Assembly (NCBI GenBank): GCA_965112735.1
Contig: OZ218958.1
Location: 2,480,001 to 2,544,000 of the forward strand
From: Phaeosaccion multiseriatum
Taxonomy: Eukaryota > Protista > Ochrophyta, other classes
Direction of reading: 5' to 3'
DNA: 64,000 nucleotides
Shown here piece by piece: positions 43,701 to 53,675 of this stretch. Numbering within the stretch: position 1 is the first letter of the stretch; every line of letters starts with the position of its first letter. Below the pieces are notes generated by a model. That model was not told the DNA's origin. It worked only from the letters and a program-made list of their open reading frames with translations, and did no database searches. The position numbers and the translations under genes were made by a program.

Positions 43701-44374
43701 TGTGGTGTGACAGAGCAAGGGCGGCACATCAAAAGCTCCGCACAATCCTACGGAAGAGACACATGGCTGCCCCAGCTCTATCTCCGACGATGGAGTCGCG
43801 CTCGCCCATCCTCCTGACTGAGATGGTCATAGTTACCCTCGCTTTATCAGCTGCCAATTCTCGCCACGCAAACGCCGCGAGCACACTTTCAGCAGCCCAA
43901 CCCTTATTTCATAATGTGTTCTCTGAGACTGCCAAAGCGCTTCGTCTGCGATAGTCTGTATCTCTTGTATTCGTCTCCTCCCTCCAATGACGCGAGGGCG
44001 ACGATAATCCGACGACAAACAAAAGTAAAAAAAGGGAGCTGGAACTCCTTCGCCTGTGTAAAGGCCTACGACTCACAGGGCGTTAAATTCCCCCTCCCCC
44101 CTCTCGCACACTTTATACCGACACCGTTCCCCCCTCCCTCGTTCCGCTCGTGCTCCTCTCTATCTCCTTCTAAGGCTCTCAGTCTGTATTCGCTGCCTTT
44201 CTTCTTGTCGGCTTTCCCACCGACATCTGGCCCGATCTGTGGTGACTGCTCTACCAGACGCTTTCAGAGCTCGAAGCTCCGGGGTGGCCTCTATTTTCCT
44301 TCTTCCGCACCGTTCTTCTCTTGTCTGTACGGCAGAGTTGCTCGGGGTAGGGGAAGAGTGTGCTCTCGAGGAAG
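40738..44374. repeat. Array spacer type B (further copies at 46463-50701 and 58485-62089)
   Basis: Colinear high similarity among three spacers. Confidence 0.9.
41624..43760 (-). pseudogene. Putative spliced minus-strand gene or gene relic of unknown function in spacer B (copies about 47261-50090 and 59333-61435)
   Basis: Exon-like blocks (KRANAMLQSIQ..VMAVQL, VRILVSTLVRECML.., VPSPYMPGSETALLDLL..) bounded by CAG and GTAAG/GTGAG, with genome-typical intron repeats. Frames differ between copies (4 nt indel near 42148). I could not assemble one clean ORF. Confidence 0.4.
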
Positions 44375-46462
44375 ATGAGTGCAGAGCGGGAGAGGATTGC
44401 CGGGAAGGTGCAGGAGTGGTATGACAAAAGAGCTGAGCTGGAGGCTTCGGGCTGGGGAAGCACCAAGGAGGACCTCCTGCTCTTGCTCAAGGCCGTTCTC
44501 TGCACCGTCGATGTCGAGGAGCTGAAGCAGAAGGGGTATGGTCCGCTGCACTACCTTGCCGGTGCTGAGAAGAGCAAAGAGTCACGCTGCTCGGAGGTGA
44601 AGGGTTCGAGGATGCTGGAGGGGGTGAAGCTGCTGGGGGAGTGCGGACTGAACCTGGACGCCAAACTCAGCAGTGAGGAGGATGAAGTTGTGCCTGGCGA
44701 GATGGCTCTGCACCAAGCTGCACGCAGGGGGCACTTTGACTTGGTGAAGGGGCTAGTGGAGGCGGGTGCGGACGTCAACATCAAGTGTGATGCTGGAGCG
44801 ACCCCTCTAGGCCTTGCTGCTGAAGCCGGCCACCCCATGATAGTGTGGTACTTGCTTAAGCATGGAGCCAAATGGGAGGGGAGCTATGCCTTGCACTGGG
44901 CAGCTCGGTTTGGGAGCCCTTCGAGTGTGAAGATGTTGCTGGAGGCAGGGGCCAATGTTTTCGAGAAGAATCAGTACCATACGGCTGCCCAGAATTGCTG
45001 CATAGGGAGTGACGAGCAGGGCTCGAAAGCAGGGCGGGCCGAGGCTCTGTCTATCTTGCTCAGGAAGGGCGCAGATGTGAAGGTGAAGAACGAAATTGGC
45101 AGCACTCTCCTGCACCTCGCCGCGTACACCGGAAACGAGCAGTGCATCCCCATTCTTGTGGGCAGAGGGCTGCAGGTCGATGCAGTGGACAACATCTTGG
45201 ACACGCCGCTCCACTTGGCCTCTTGGAATGGACATCTGGGATGTGTGAAGGAGCTCATTCGTCGCGGTGCCCCCCTTGATGCTGTCCATGACCTTGGTAG
45301 CACTTCCCTCATGTTGGCTGTCGTCAGAGGCCACGTGAAGATTGTGAGGGAGCTGATACGCGCCGATGCCTCTGTCGATGTCAAAGACAAGAGTTCGATC
45401 ACCGCACTGCATCTCGCGGCCGCCCTGGGCAGCATCAAGATGGCCTACCTCCTGGTGGAGGGTGGAGCGGCGGTCGATGCCCTCACCGATGACGGTGAAA
45501 GTCCTTTGGTATCGTGCATGCGCCCTGGAGAAGGGAAGATAGCTCAGACTTTGCTTGAGCTTGGTACACCACCAGGAGAGAAGGAGGCGCGCGAGAAGGT
45601 GGCTCGATTCCTGCTGATGATGGGCGCTGCCGTTGACAAGGTGATGAAAGCGGCAGGGGAGGCAGGCTTCGGTGCTGTCATTAACTCTTTCATCAGGACA
45701 GAACAGGAGGGGCGCAACGCTGCCAGAGACAGACTTCACACCGTTTCTACCCACTACCTCTCCACGATGAACGGTGCTGAGGATGAGAAGGCTGACAGCA
45801 CAGTGCGGGTTAGGCTGGTGAATACGCGCAGTGGAGAGAAGGGCGAGAAGGAGTACGTCTTGAGCATCCCTCTGATGAAGCAGCTGGCGGCGAAGGTCAG
45901 TGGGAGAGAGGAGGAAAGAGTGAAGACCTCCTCAGGCCAAGCCTCAGCGGCAGGCATTCTTCCGAACATGCTGGACCCGAGGAAGCACGGCTACAAGGGG
46001 GTTGATGAAGATGATGATGGGGAGGAGAAGGGGGCAGGAAAGGGCAAGGAGATGAAGCGTATAGAGCTGAAGTATGATGGCGTGGACTTCACGGAGGAGG
46101 GCTTTGAGGCTGTGGTGCAGTGCGTGACCACGGGCAGTGTGGAGGAGCTGCTGACGAGAAGGCCGGGAGAGGGAGGTACAGAGGGGGGCACCACCAGCAG
46201 CAGCGGCAGCAGCGGTAGGCGAGGAGGAGGAGGGGGGGGAGCTGAAGGCACTGGCAGGGGCGGCAAGAAGAGGAAGCGTGTGAAGCTGTTCGACGACGTT
46301 CGAGCGAAGCAGGCTCTGCAGGCCGCGGAGTTCTTGTGCTTCGAGGGCATGGCGAGGGAGGTGAAGACACTGATGGGAGAGTACGGCTTTGAGCTGGAGC
46401 AGAACGAGACTGAGAAGGAAGAAGAAGGGCCATCGCGGAAGAGGAGCCGGGCTAACCCCTGA
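44375..46462 (+). CDS. Ankyrin + BTB-like protein, copy 3
   Basis: ORF 44360..46462; first ATG at 44375 (MSAERER). Confidence 0.9.
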   Translation: MSAERERIAGKVQEWYDKRAELEASGWGSTKEDLLLLLKAVLCTVDVEELKQKGYGPLHYLAGAEKSKESRCSEVKGSRMLEGVKLLGECGLNLDAKLSSEEDEVVPGEMALHQAARRGHFDLVKGLVEAGADVNIKCDAGATPLGLAAEAGHPMIVWYLLKHGAKWEGSYALHWAARFGSPSSVKMLLEAGANVFEKNQYHTAAQNCCIGSDEQGSKAGRAEALSILLRKGADVKVKNEIGSTLLHLAAYTGNEQCIPILVGRGLQVDAVDNILDTPLHLASWNGHLGCVKELIRRGAPLDAVHDLGSTSLMLAVVRGHVKIVRELIRADASVDVKDKSSITALHLAAALGSIKMAYLLVEGGAAVDALTDDGESPLVSCMRPGEGKIAQTLLELGTPPGEKEAREKVARFLLMMGAAVDKVMKAAGEAGFGAVINSFIRTEQEGRNAARDRLHTVSTHYLSTMNGAEDEKADSTVRVRLVNTRSGEKGEKEYVLSIPLMKQLAAKVSGREEERVKTSSGQASAAGILPNMLDPRKHGYKGVDEDDDGEEKGAGKGKEMKRIELKYDGVDFTEEGFEAVVQCVTTGSVEELLTRRPGEGGTEGGTTSSSGSSGRRGGGGGGAEGTGRGGKKRKRVKLFDDVRAKQALQAAEFLCFEGMAREVKTLMGEYGFELEQNETEKEEEGPSRKRSRANP

Positions 46463-49400
46463 GCATCGCCAACCCAAGGCTTGAGAAGCTGCACGTGCGA
46501 GTGAGGCTGCCCTGCCTGTGGTGGGAGGGGCGAGAGAAGTAGTGGAATGCCTTCCATCGCTCCTCTGAAAAAGCGCGAGAGGAGGTGTACTGTTGATTGG
46601 ATTGCTTGGGTCCAAGGAAGAGGGCCTTCCTGCCTACCTCCGAGCCGCTCCCTCGTACCGTGCAGAGCATTAGATGCGCCCAAATGAATCGATCGAACCC
46701 CCTTCTGTGAGATCGACCCTATGTATGGTGTTCTGTATTGTTGATAAGGTCACTGAAACTGAAAACCGTCTGTGCTCTTCCTTGGTCCAACTGCCATGCA
46801 TTTCTTCCAATCCCTCTCTATTACTCTGCGAACTGTCTCATCGCAGAGTGGGATTTCATAAACGTATGCATAAGTAAAGTTTGCTCATCGACGGAGGCAC
46901 TCAACAGCACCACCTGACCTTACCTGGCTTGACCTTGACATGCCCTGTCTTGCTTGTCCTTCCACAGAGGGGCGTGGTAACCCCCTGACCTGGTCTGACC
47001 TGCCCTGTGTGTCTCTCTGTACAGGGGCGTTGTGACAGCCCACTCAGTCTCTCGTGCCCCTTCGTCCCCCTTCCCTCCCACACGGAGCTCGCCCGTCCCC
47101 ATCCCGCTCTCGCTCCGTTCAGTCGAGCTCCTGCTGCAACCGCTGCTGCTCCTCCTGCTCCTCCTCCTCCGACTCCTCCTCCTCCTCCTCATCATCATCA
47201 TCATCATCATCGTCATCATCATCATCACCCCCCTCCTCCTCCTCCTCCTCCTCCTCCTCCTCATCCTCCTCCCTCGTCCTCACGCCCCCACGGACTGAGC
47301 TCCGATCCCCACTCCGAGTATCCGGCCCCCATCATGCCCAGGCCGAGGGATGGCGCAGGAGCCGCTATCCAATCTCGAGGCACCCCAAGGAGGTCCAGGA
47401 GAGCGGTTTCCGAGCCCGGCATGTATGGGGAGGGTACCCTGAGGGAGAGGGGTGGCAGTGGATGGGAAAGCCGTGAGAGGGGAGGGAGAGGACGATAAAC
47501 CCTCGAGAGAGCACACAACCCCCCCCCCCTTGCTGTCTCATGTCGTCATACATGCCCTCGTCTCGTTCCTGTTTGGCGTAGGATCGATGATGCGCTTGGC
47601 TGCTCTTCCTTCCTGCTTCTCACTATACTACTCGACCTCCCTCCCTTCTTCTAAGCCACCCCAGGAGGGGCGGACAGGTCGTTACTTTGAGGTAGGCATC
47701 GATGGCACTTAAAGGGCGTGATCTCTTCACTACTGCTCTGCCAAAGACCTCACTACTCTGTTCAAATACTCACGTTCTCTTCCCGTCGCTGTCCAGCCTC
47801 ATGGGAGGCACGGGTACCTCTAGCGGCGCCTTCTTGAGCCCTTCGTTCAGCACATGGGGCACCTTGCTCAGCCCGTCCCTTTCGGTCGTCTCGTGATGAG
47901 CCGCGAGCATGCACTCACGTACAAGGGTCGACACAAGGATGCGCACCTGGGTAGTGAGGAGCATAGTGATTGGATGGCAGTGGATGGGTGAGATGCATTG
48001 GATGGCAGTGGATGGATTGGGTATGTGGAGATACGACACAGAGGGAGGGGAGGATGGGGGGAAACGCACGCACCTGCCGCCGCAGAAACCTGTCTCCCAC
48101 TTTTGGAGGCGGGAGAGGGAGGGGGATGGCAGCCGATGGTGGGTGGGAGGGGGGGAGGGATTGAAGAGGGCGGATGGCAGTGGACGGAGAAGGGGGTTGA
48201 GTTTGGGTTTGGGGTTGGGGCAATGAATCATGTTGAAGGAACATGGGTCGCCACCGCCAGGAAGGGATTCAAGGAGAGAAGGGAGGGAGGGAGGGAGGGA
48301 GGGAGGGAGGGAGGGAGGGAGGGAGGGAGGGAGGGAGGGAGAAGAGAGAAGAGAGTGGGGGCCTTTTGTCACGCAATGAAGGGCAGAAAAGGGATGGAGG
48401 GCTCTCTCGAAAAGAATCGCAAACATGGCACCAGACGGAAGGCACAGACAACCAAGGCGTGGTAGGAGCGGTTTGTATGTACGGGATATTGACCCATGGC
48501 ACAGGCAGGCCCGACCATGTTAGCAGAGTAGGCAGTGTCGCCCACCCCTCTCTTACCTAGCTCCACAGCCATGACAGGTACCTCCTCCCCGCTGCTCAGG
48601 CGCAGGGTCCTTACCCTTGCTCTCGCCTCCATAAGGCGGCACACATCTTCCTTGTGAGTGGTCTTGATCTTGCCGTACATGAATGATCCCCAGCGATGGC
48701 CCTCGCCCCCCCCCTCCTCCTCGCCTCCCCTCTTCTTGCCTCCTTGGATGCTCTGAAGCATGGCGTTGGCTCGCTTCACGCCTGTGATCAAAAGTGGCGC
48801 GGAGGAGAGGTGGACGAGAGTTAGAGTAGAGGTTTTCGGTTTCATAGAGGTTTTCGGTTTCAGTTTGAATCACGCCCCCGCCAAAGCGATTGATACCCAC
48901 AGCCAATGATGCTTAATGCAGTCATGAGTGTCAACCAAGAGCCGGGGTACAGGAGAGGAGGCAGGCGTGTGTGTGTGTGTGTGTGCGTGAATGTGTGAGT
49001 AGTGTGGTTGTGTTGTATATGTGGGTGGTGTGGTAGCACACTCACTCCCTCCCTGACTCACGCACTCCCTCACTCACACACACTCATTCATTAACCCACT
49101 CCCTCCCATATTCACTCACTCCCTCATGCACGCACTCACTCACTCACTCACTCACTCACTCACCCACCCACTCACTCCCTCACCACTCACCCATTCACTC
49201 ACTCACGCACTCCCTCACTCACGCACTCCCTCACTTTCCCGTCCACTCACTTACTAAATCCTTCACTCTCTTACTCTCTCAACTACTCCTTCCCTCCTTC
49301 CCTCCCCTCCGTTCCTCCCTCCCTCCCTCCCTCCTCTCACTCACTCACTCCCTCCCTCCCTCCTTCCTCTCCCTGACTCACAGATTTCGTGTCCGTCGTG

Positions 49401-49700
49401 CGGCCCCTCGTTGAGCGGAAAGAGATACACATACCGTCGCCATTTGGCGGAGAAGGTCGAGTGCAGCCTGTGACAGTTACGGACGCAAGCAGGGAGGGGA
49501 GGGAGCGGATGGTGTTGACATTAACACACAGGGAAGGAAGACTAAAGTTCGCTGTTGGGGAGTTCTCTCTCTATAGAGGGGCGTCTGTCTGTCTCAATGA
49601 TAGGCGGGTATCTAATGATAGGGGGATATCTGTCTGCATGAAAGAGGGGTGTGTAGAGTCTCACCCTCAGAGACCAACACCTCAACACTTATCGCCCACA

Positions 49701-49772
49701 CCTTAACCTTAACCTTAACCTCAACCTTAACCTCAACCTTAACCTCAACCTTAACTTCAACCTTAACCTTAA
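49701..49772. repeat. (CCTTAA/CCTCAA)x12 telomere-like hexamer tract
   Basis: Direct inspection; ends exactly where similarity to spacer B resumes. Confidence 0.8.
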
Positions 49773-50701
49773 TAGCTCAGGAGGAAAGCCTTCCGTTTCG
49801 CCTCCTCTCCATGCCTCCTGCTCTCTCTCCTTTGCGTCTACTTAGCCCTACGCAGAACACGTGCGAGAGGCCCGCTACCAAAGCCCCATGGAGACAGCGG
49901 TGGTGCGGGAGTTGCCAGACGTGTCATACGGAGTGCATGATGACCTGACGGGCCCTGAGATCGGTAGATAGGACCAGCAAATCAGCAAAACCGGAGTACT
50001 CACCCTTTGAGGGAAAAGTCAAAGTGACTGGCTGTGGTGTGACAGAGCAAGGGCGGCACATCAAAAGCTCCGCACAATCCTACGGAAGAGACACATGGCT
50101 GCCCCAGCTCTATCTCCGACGATGGAGTTCGCGCTCGCCCATCCTCCTGACTGAGATGGTCATAGTTACCCTCGCTTTATCAGCTGCCAATTCTCGCCAC
50201 GCAAACGCCGCGAGCACACTTTCAGCAGCCTAACCCTTATTCCACAATATGTTCTCTGAGACAGCCAACGCGCTTCGTCTGCGATCTCTTGTATTCGTCT
50301 CCTCCATGACGCGAGGGCGACGATAATCCGACGACAAACAAAAGTAAAAAAAGGGAGCTGGAACTCCTTCGCCTGTGTAAAGGCCTACGACTCACAGGGC
50401 GTTAAATTCCCCCTCCCCCCTCTCGCACACTTTATACCGACACCGTTCCCCCCTCCCTCTCCCCTCGTTTCGCTCGTGCTCCTCTCTATCTCCTCTTGAG
50501 GCTCTCAGTCTGTATTCGCTGCCTTTCTTCCTGTCGGCTTTCCCACCGCCATCTGGCCCGATCTGTGGTGACTGCTCTACCAGACGCTTTCAAAGCTCGA
50601 GGCTACCGGAGTGGCCTCTATTTTCCTTCTTCCGCACCGTTCTTCTCTTGTCTGTACGGCAGAGTTGCTCGGGGTAGGGGAAGAGTGTGCTCTCGAGGAA
50701 G

Positions 50702-52849
50702 ATGAGTGCAGAGCGAGAGAGGATTGCCGGGAAGGTGCAGGAGTGGTATGACAAGAGAGCTGAGCTGGAGGCTTTGGGCTGGGGAAGCAGCAAGGAGGAC
50801 CTCCTGCTCTTGCTCAAGGCCGTTCTCTGCACCGTCGATGTCGAGGAGCTGAAGCAGAAGGGGTATGGTCCGCTGCACTACCTCGCCGATGCTGAGAAGA
50901 GCAAGGAGACACGCTGCTCGGAGGTGAAGGGTTCGAGGATGCTGGAGGGGGTGAAGCTGCTGAAGGAGTGCGGACTGAGCCTGGACGCCACACTCAGCAG
51001 TGAGGAGGATGAAGATGAGCCCGGCGAGACGGCTCTGCACCAAGCTGCATGGAGGGGGCACTTTGACTTGGTGAAGGGGCTAGTGGAGGCGGGTGCGGAT
51101 GTCAACATCAAGTGTGATGCTGGAGCGACCCCTCTAGGCCTTGCTGCCTCCGCCGGCCAAACCATGATAGTGTGGTACTTGCTTGAGCATGGAGCCAAAT
51201 GGGAGGGGAGCTATGCCTTGCACCGTGCGGCTCGGTATGGGAGCCCTACGATTGTGAAGATGCTGCTGAAGGCAGGGGCCAATGTATTCGAGAAGGATCA
51301 GGATGGGGACACGGCTGCCCAGAGTTGCTGCAGAGGGACTGACGAGCGGGCGAGTGACGAGCGGGGCTCGAAAGCAGGGCGGGCCGAGGCTCTGTCTATC
51401 TTGCTCAAGAAGGGCGCAGATGTGAAGGTGAAGGACGAAGATGGCGACACTCTCCTGCACCTCGCCGCGTTGTTCGGACACGAGCAGTGCATCCCCATTC
51501 TTGTGGGCAGAGGGCTGCAGGTCGATGCAAGGAGCAACAACTTGGACACGCCGCTCCACTTGGCCTCTTGGAATGGACATCTGGGATTTGTGAAGGAGGT
51601 CATTCGCCGCGGTGCCCCCCTTGACGCTGCCAATGAATACGGCCGCAGCCCTTTGCTGGAGGCTGCCGGTAGAGGCCACGTGAAGGTTGTGAGCGAGCTG
51701 ATACGCGCCGATGCCTCTGTCAATGTCAAGGACAAGAATTCGATCACCGCACTGCATCTCGCGGCCGCCCTGGGCAGCATCAAGCTGGCCTACCTCCTGG
51801 TGGAGAGTGGAGCGGCGGTCGATGCCCTCACCGATGATGGTGAAAGTCCTTTGGTATCGTGCATGAGCCCTGCGGAAGGGACGGTAGCTCAGAATTTGAA
51901 GTATTGTCACACATCACCAGGAGAAAAGGAGGCGCGCGAGAAGGTGGCTCGATTCCTGCTGAAGATGGGCGCTACCGTTGACGAGAAGGTGATGAAAGCG
52001 GCAGGGGAGGCAGGCTTCAGTGGTGTCATAACCTCTTTCATCAGGAAAGAACGGGAGGGGTGCAACGCTCTCACAGACAGACTTCACACCGTTTCGGAGC
52101 ACTGCATGTCCGTTTTAGCTGGTGCTGAGGATGAGAAGGCTGACAGCCCAGTGCGGGTTAGGCTGGCGAATACGCGCAGTGGAGAGAAGGGCGAGAAGCA
52201 GTACGTCTTGAGCATCCCTCTGATGGAGCGGCTGGCGGCGAAGGTCAGCGGGAGAGAGGAGGAGAGAGCGAAGATCTCCACAAGCCAAGCCTCAGCGGCA
52301 GGCATTCTTCCGAATATGCTAGACCCGAGGAAGCACGGGTACAAGGGGGATGATGAAGGTGATGATGGTGAGGAGAAGGGGGAAGGGAAGGGCAAGAAGG
52401 AGATGAAGCGTGTAGAGCTGAAGTATGATGGCGTGGACTTCACGGAGGAGGGCTTTGAGGCTGTGGTGAAGTTCGTGACTACGGGCAGTGTGAAGGAGCT
52501 GCTGACGAGAAGGCCGCGAGAGAGAGGTACAGAGGGGGGCGCGAGCAGCAGCAGCAGCAGCGGCAGGCGAGGAGGAGGAGGGGGGGGGGCTGAAGGCACT
52601 GGCCGGGGCGGCAAGAAGAGGAAGCGTGTGAAGCTGTTCGACGACGTTCGAGCGAAGCAGGCTCTGCAGGCCGCGGAGTTCTTCTGTTTGGAAGGCATGG
52701 CGAGGGAGGTGAAGACGCTGATGGGAGAGTACGGCTTCGAGCTGGAGCAGAACGAAACCGAGAAGGAGGAGGAAGGGCCGTCGCGGAAGAGAAAGGGCTG
52801 GACCCTGAGCACCACCAAGGAAGACTTCAGCACCTGCATGCATGAGTGA
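50702..52849 (+). CDS. Ankyrin + BTB-like protein, copy 4 (chimeric)
   Basis: ORF 50687..52849; 5' end resembles copy 3, remainder nearly identical to copy 1. Confidence 0.9.
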   Translation: MSAERERIAGKVQEWYDKRAELEALGWGSSKEDLLLLLKAVLCTVDVEELKQKGYGPLHYLADAEKSKETRCSEVKGSRMLEGVKLLKECGLSLDATLSSEEDEDEPGETALHQAAWRGHFDLVKGLVEAGADVNIKCDAGATPLGLAASAGQTMIVWYLLEHGAKWEGSYALHRAARYGSPTIVKMLLKAGANVFEKDQDGDTAAQSCCRGTDERASDERGSKAGRAEALSILLKKGADVKVKDEDGDTLLHLAALFGHEQCIPILVGRGLQVDARSNNLDTPLHLASWNGHLGFVKEVIRRGAPLDAANEYGRSPLLEAAGRGHVKVVSELIRADASVNVKDKNSITALHLAAALGSIKLAYLLVESGAAVDALTDDGESPLVSCMSPAEGTVAQNLKYCHTSPGEKEAREKVARFLLKMGATVDEKVMKAAGEAGFSGVITSFIRKEREGCNALTDRLHTVSEHCMSVLAGAEDEKADSPVRVRLANTRSGEKGEKQYVLSIPLMERLAAKVSGREEERAKISTSQASAAGILPNMLDPRKHGYKGDDEGDDGEEKGEGKGKKEMKRVELKYDGVDFTEEGFEAVVKFVTTGSVKELLTRRPRERGTEGGASSSSSSGRRGGGGGGAEGTGRGGKKRKRVKLFDDVRAKQALQAAEFFCLEGMAREVKTLMGEYGFELEQNETEKEEEGPSRKRKGWTLSTTKEDFSTCMHE

Positions 52850-53675
52850 GCTCGCCTCGGTGGTGGGAGGAGGGAGAGATAGAGTGAGCATGAAAGGCAT
52901 GCTAGGAGACGAGAGATGGGTGGGGTGCGTAACGGTGTGCGGTGTGTGCGGTGTGCACCTTGGCGTCAGCGGCGTATGCGTTAGGAGGGCCGTGGTGAGG
53001 AGCACCACCTTCCACCATCCCTCGTCCGAACAAATGTGAGAGGAGGCGTGCTCTTGATTGGGTCCCATTGATTGGGAGTACGATGTGGATCATGGATCAC
53101 AACCATACCCGTCTCTGTGAAAAATCGAGTAATAGCAACATGAGAAAAAGGGGGAGGTTAACCCGACAGATGGTGTGTGTGCTGCGCATGAACAGCGGTT
53201 TCATGGCGTACATGAGGACAGAGTATCAGGTCGGGGATCATGAGTGGAAGGCCAAGGTGTCGAGAGCCGACCTTAAGGCCAAGCCATAGGTAATTGTGTA
53301 CTTGAGTGATTAACAGTGAATAGATAGTAAAAATAAAAAAAAGATTGGATCACATCACACCCCTGGGCGGGGGGGGCGGATCATACTAAAATCATGCAGA
53401 TCATGGATGACGTCATGGATCACATCAGCCAAGGCATCACATCATGGATCACATCATACGCTGCTTACACATGATCGGATCCCCCCCCCCACATCAAATT
53501 GCATAGGAGTTGGTTCCTCAAAACACAAATGGCGACTTTCATTTTTTTTTCCTTCTTTAAACTCATAACTAAAACAAGGGTGTAATATATATAGATCCTT
53601 CACGCTGAGCTGCTGCTTGCTGTTGTCCTTACGACAGACCCGCTTGGGTAGAGGAAGGGAGCGCTCTCGAGGAAG

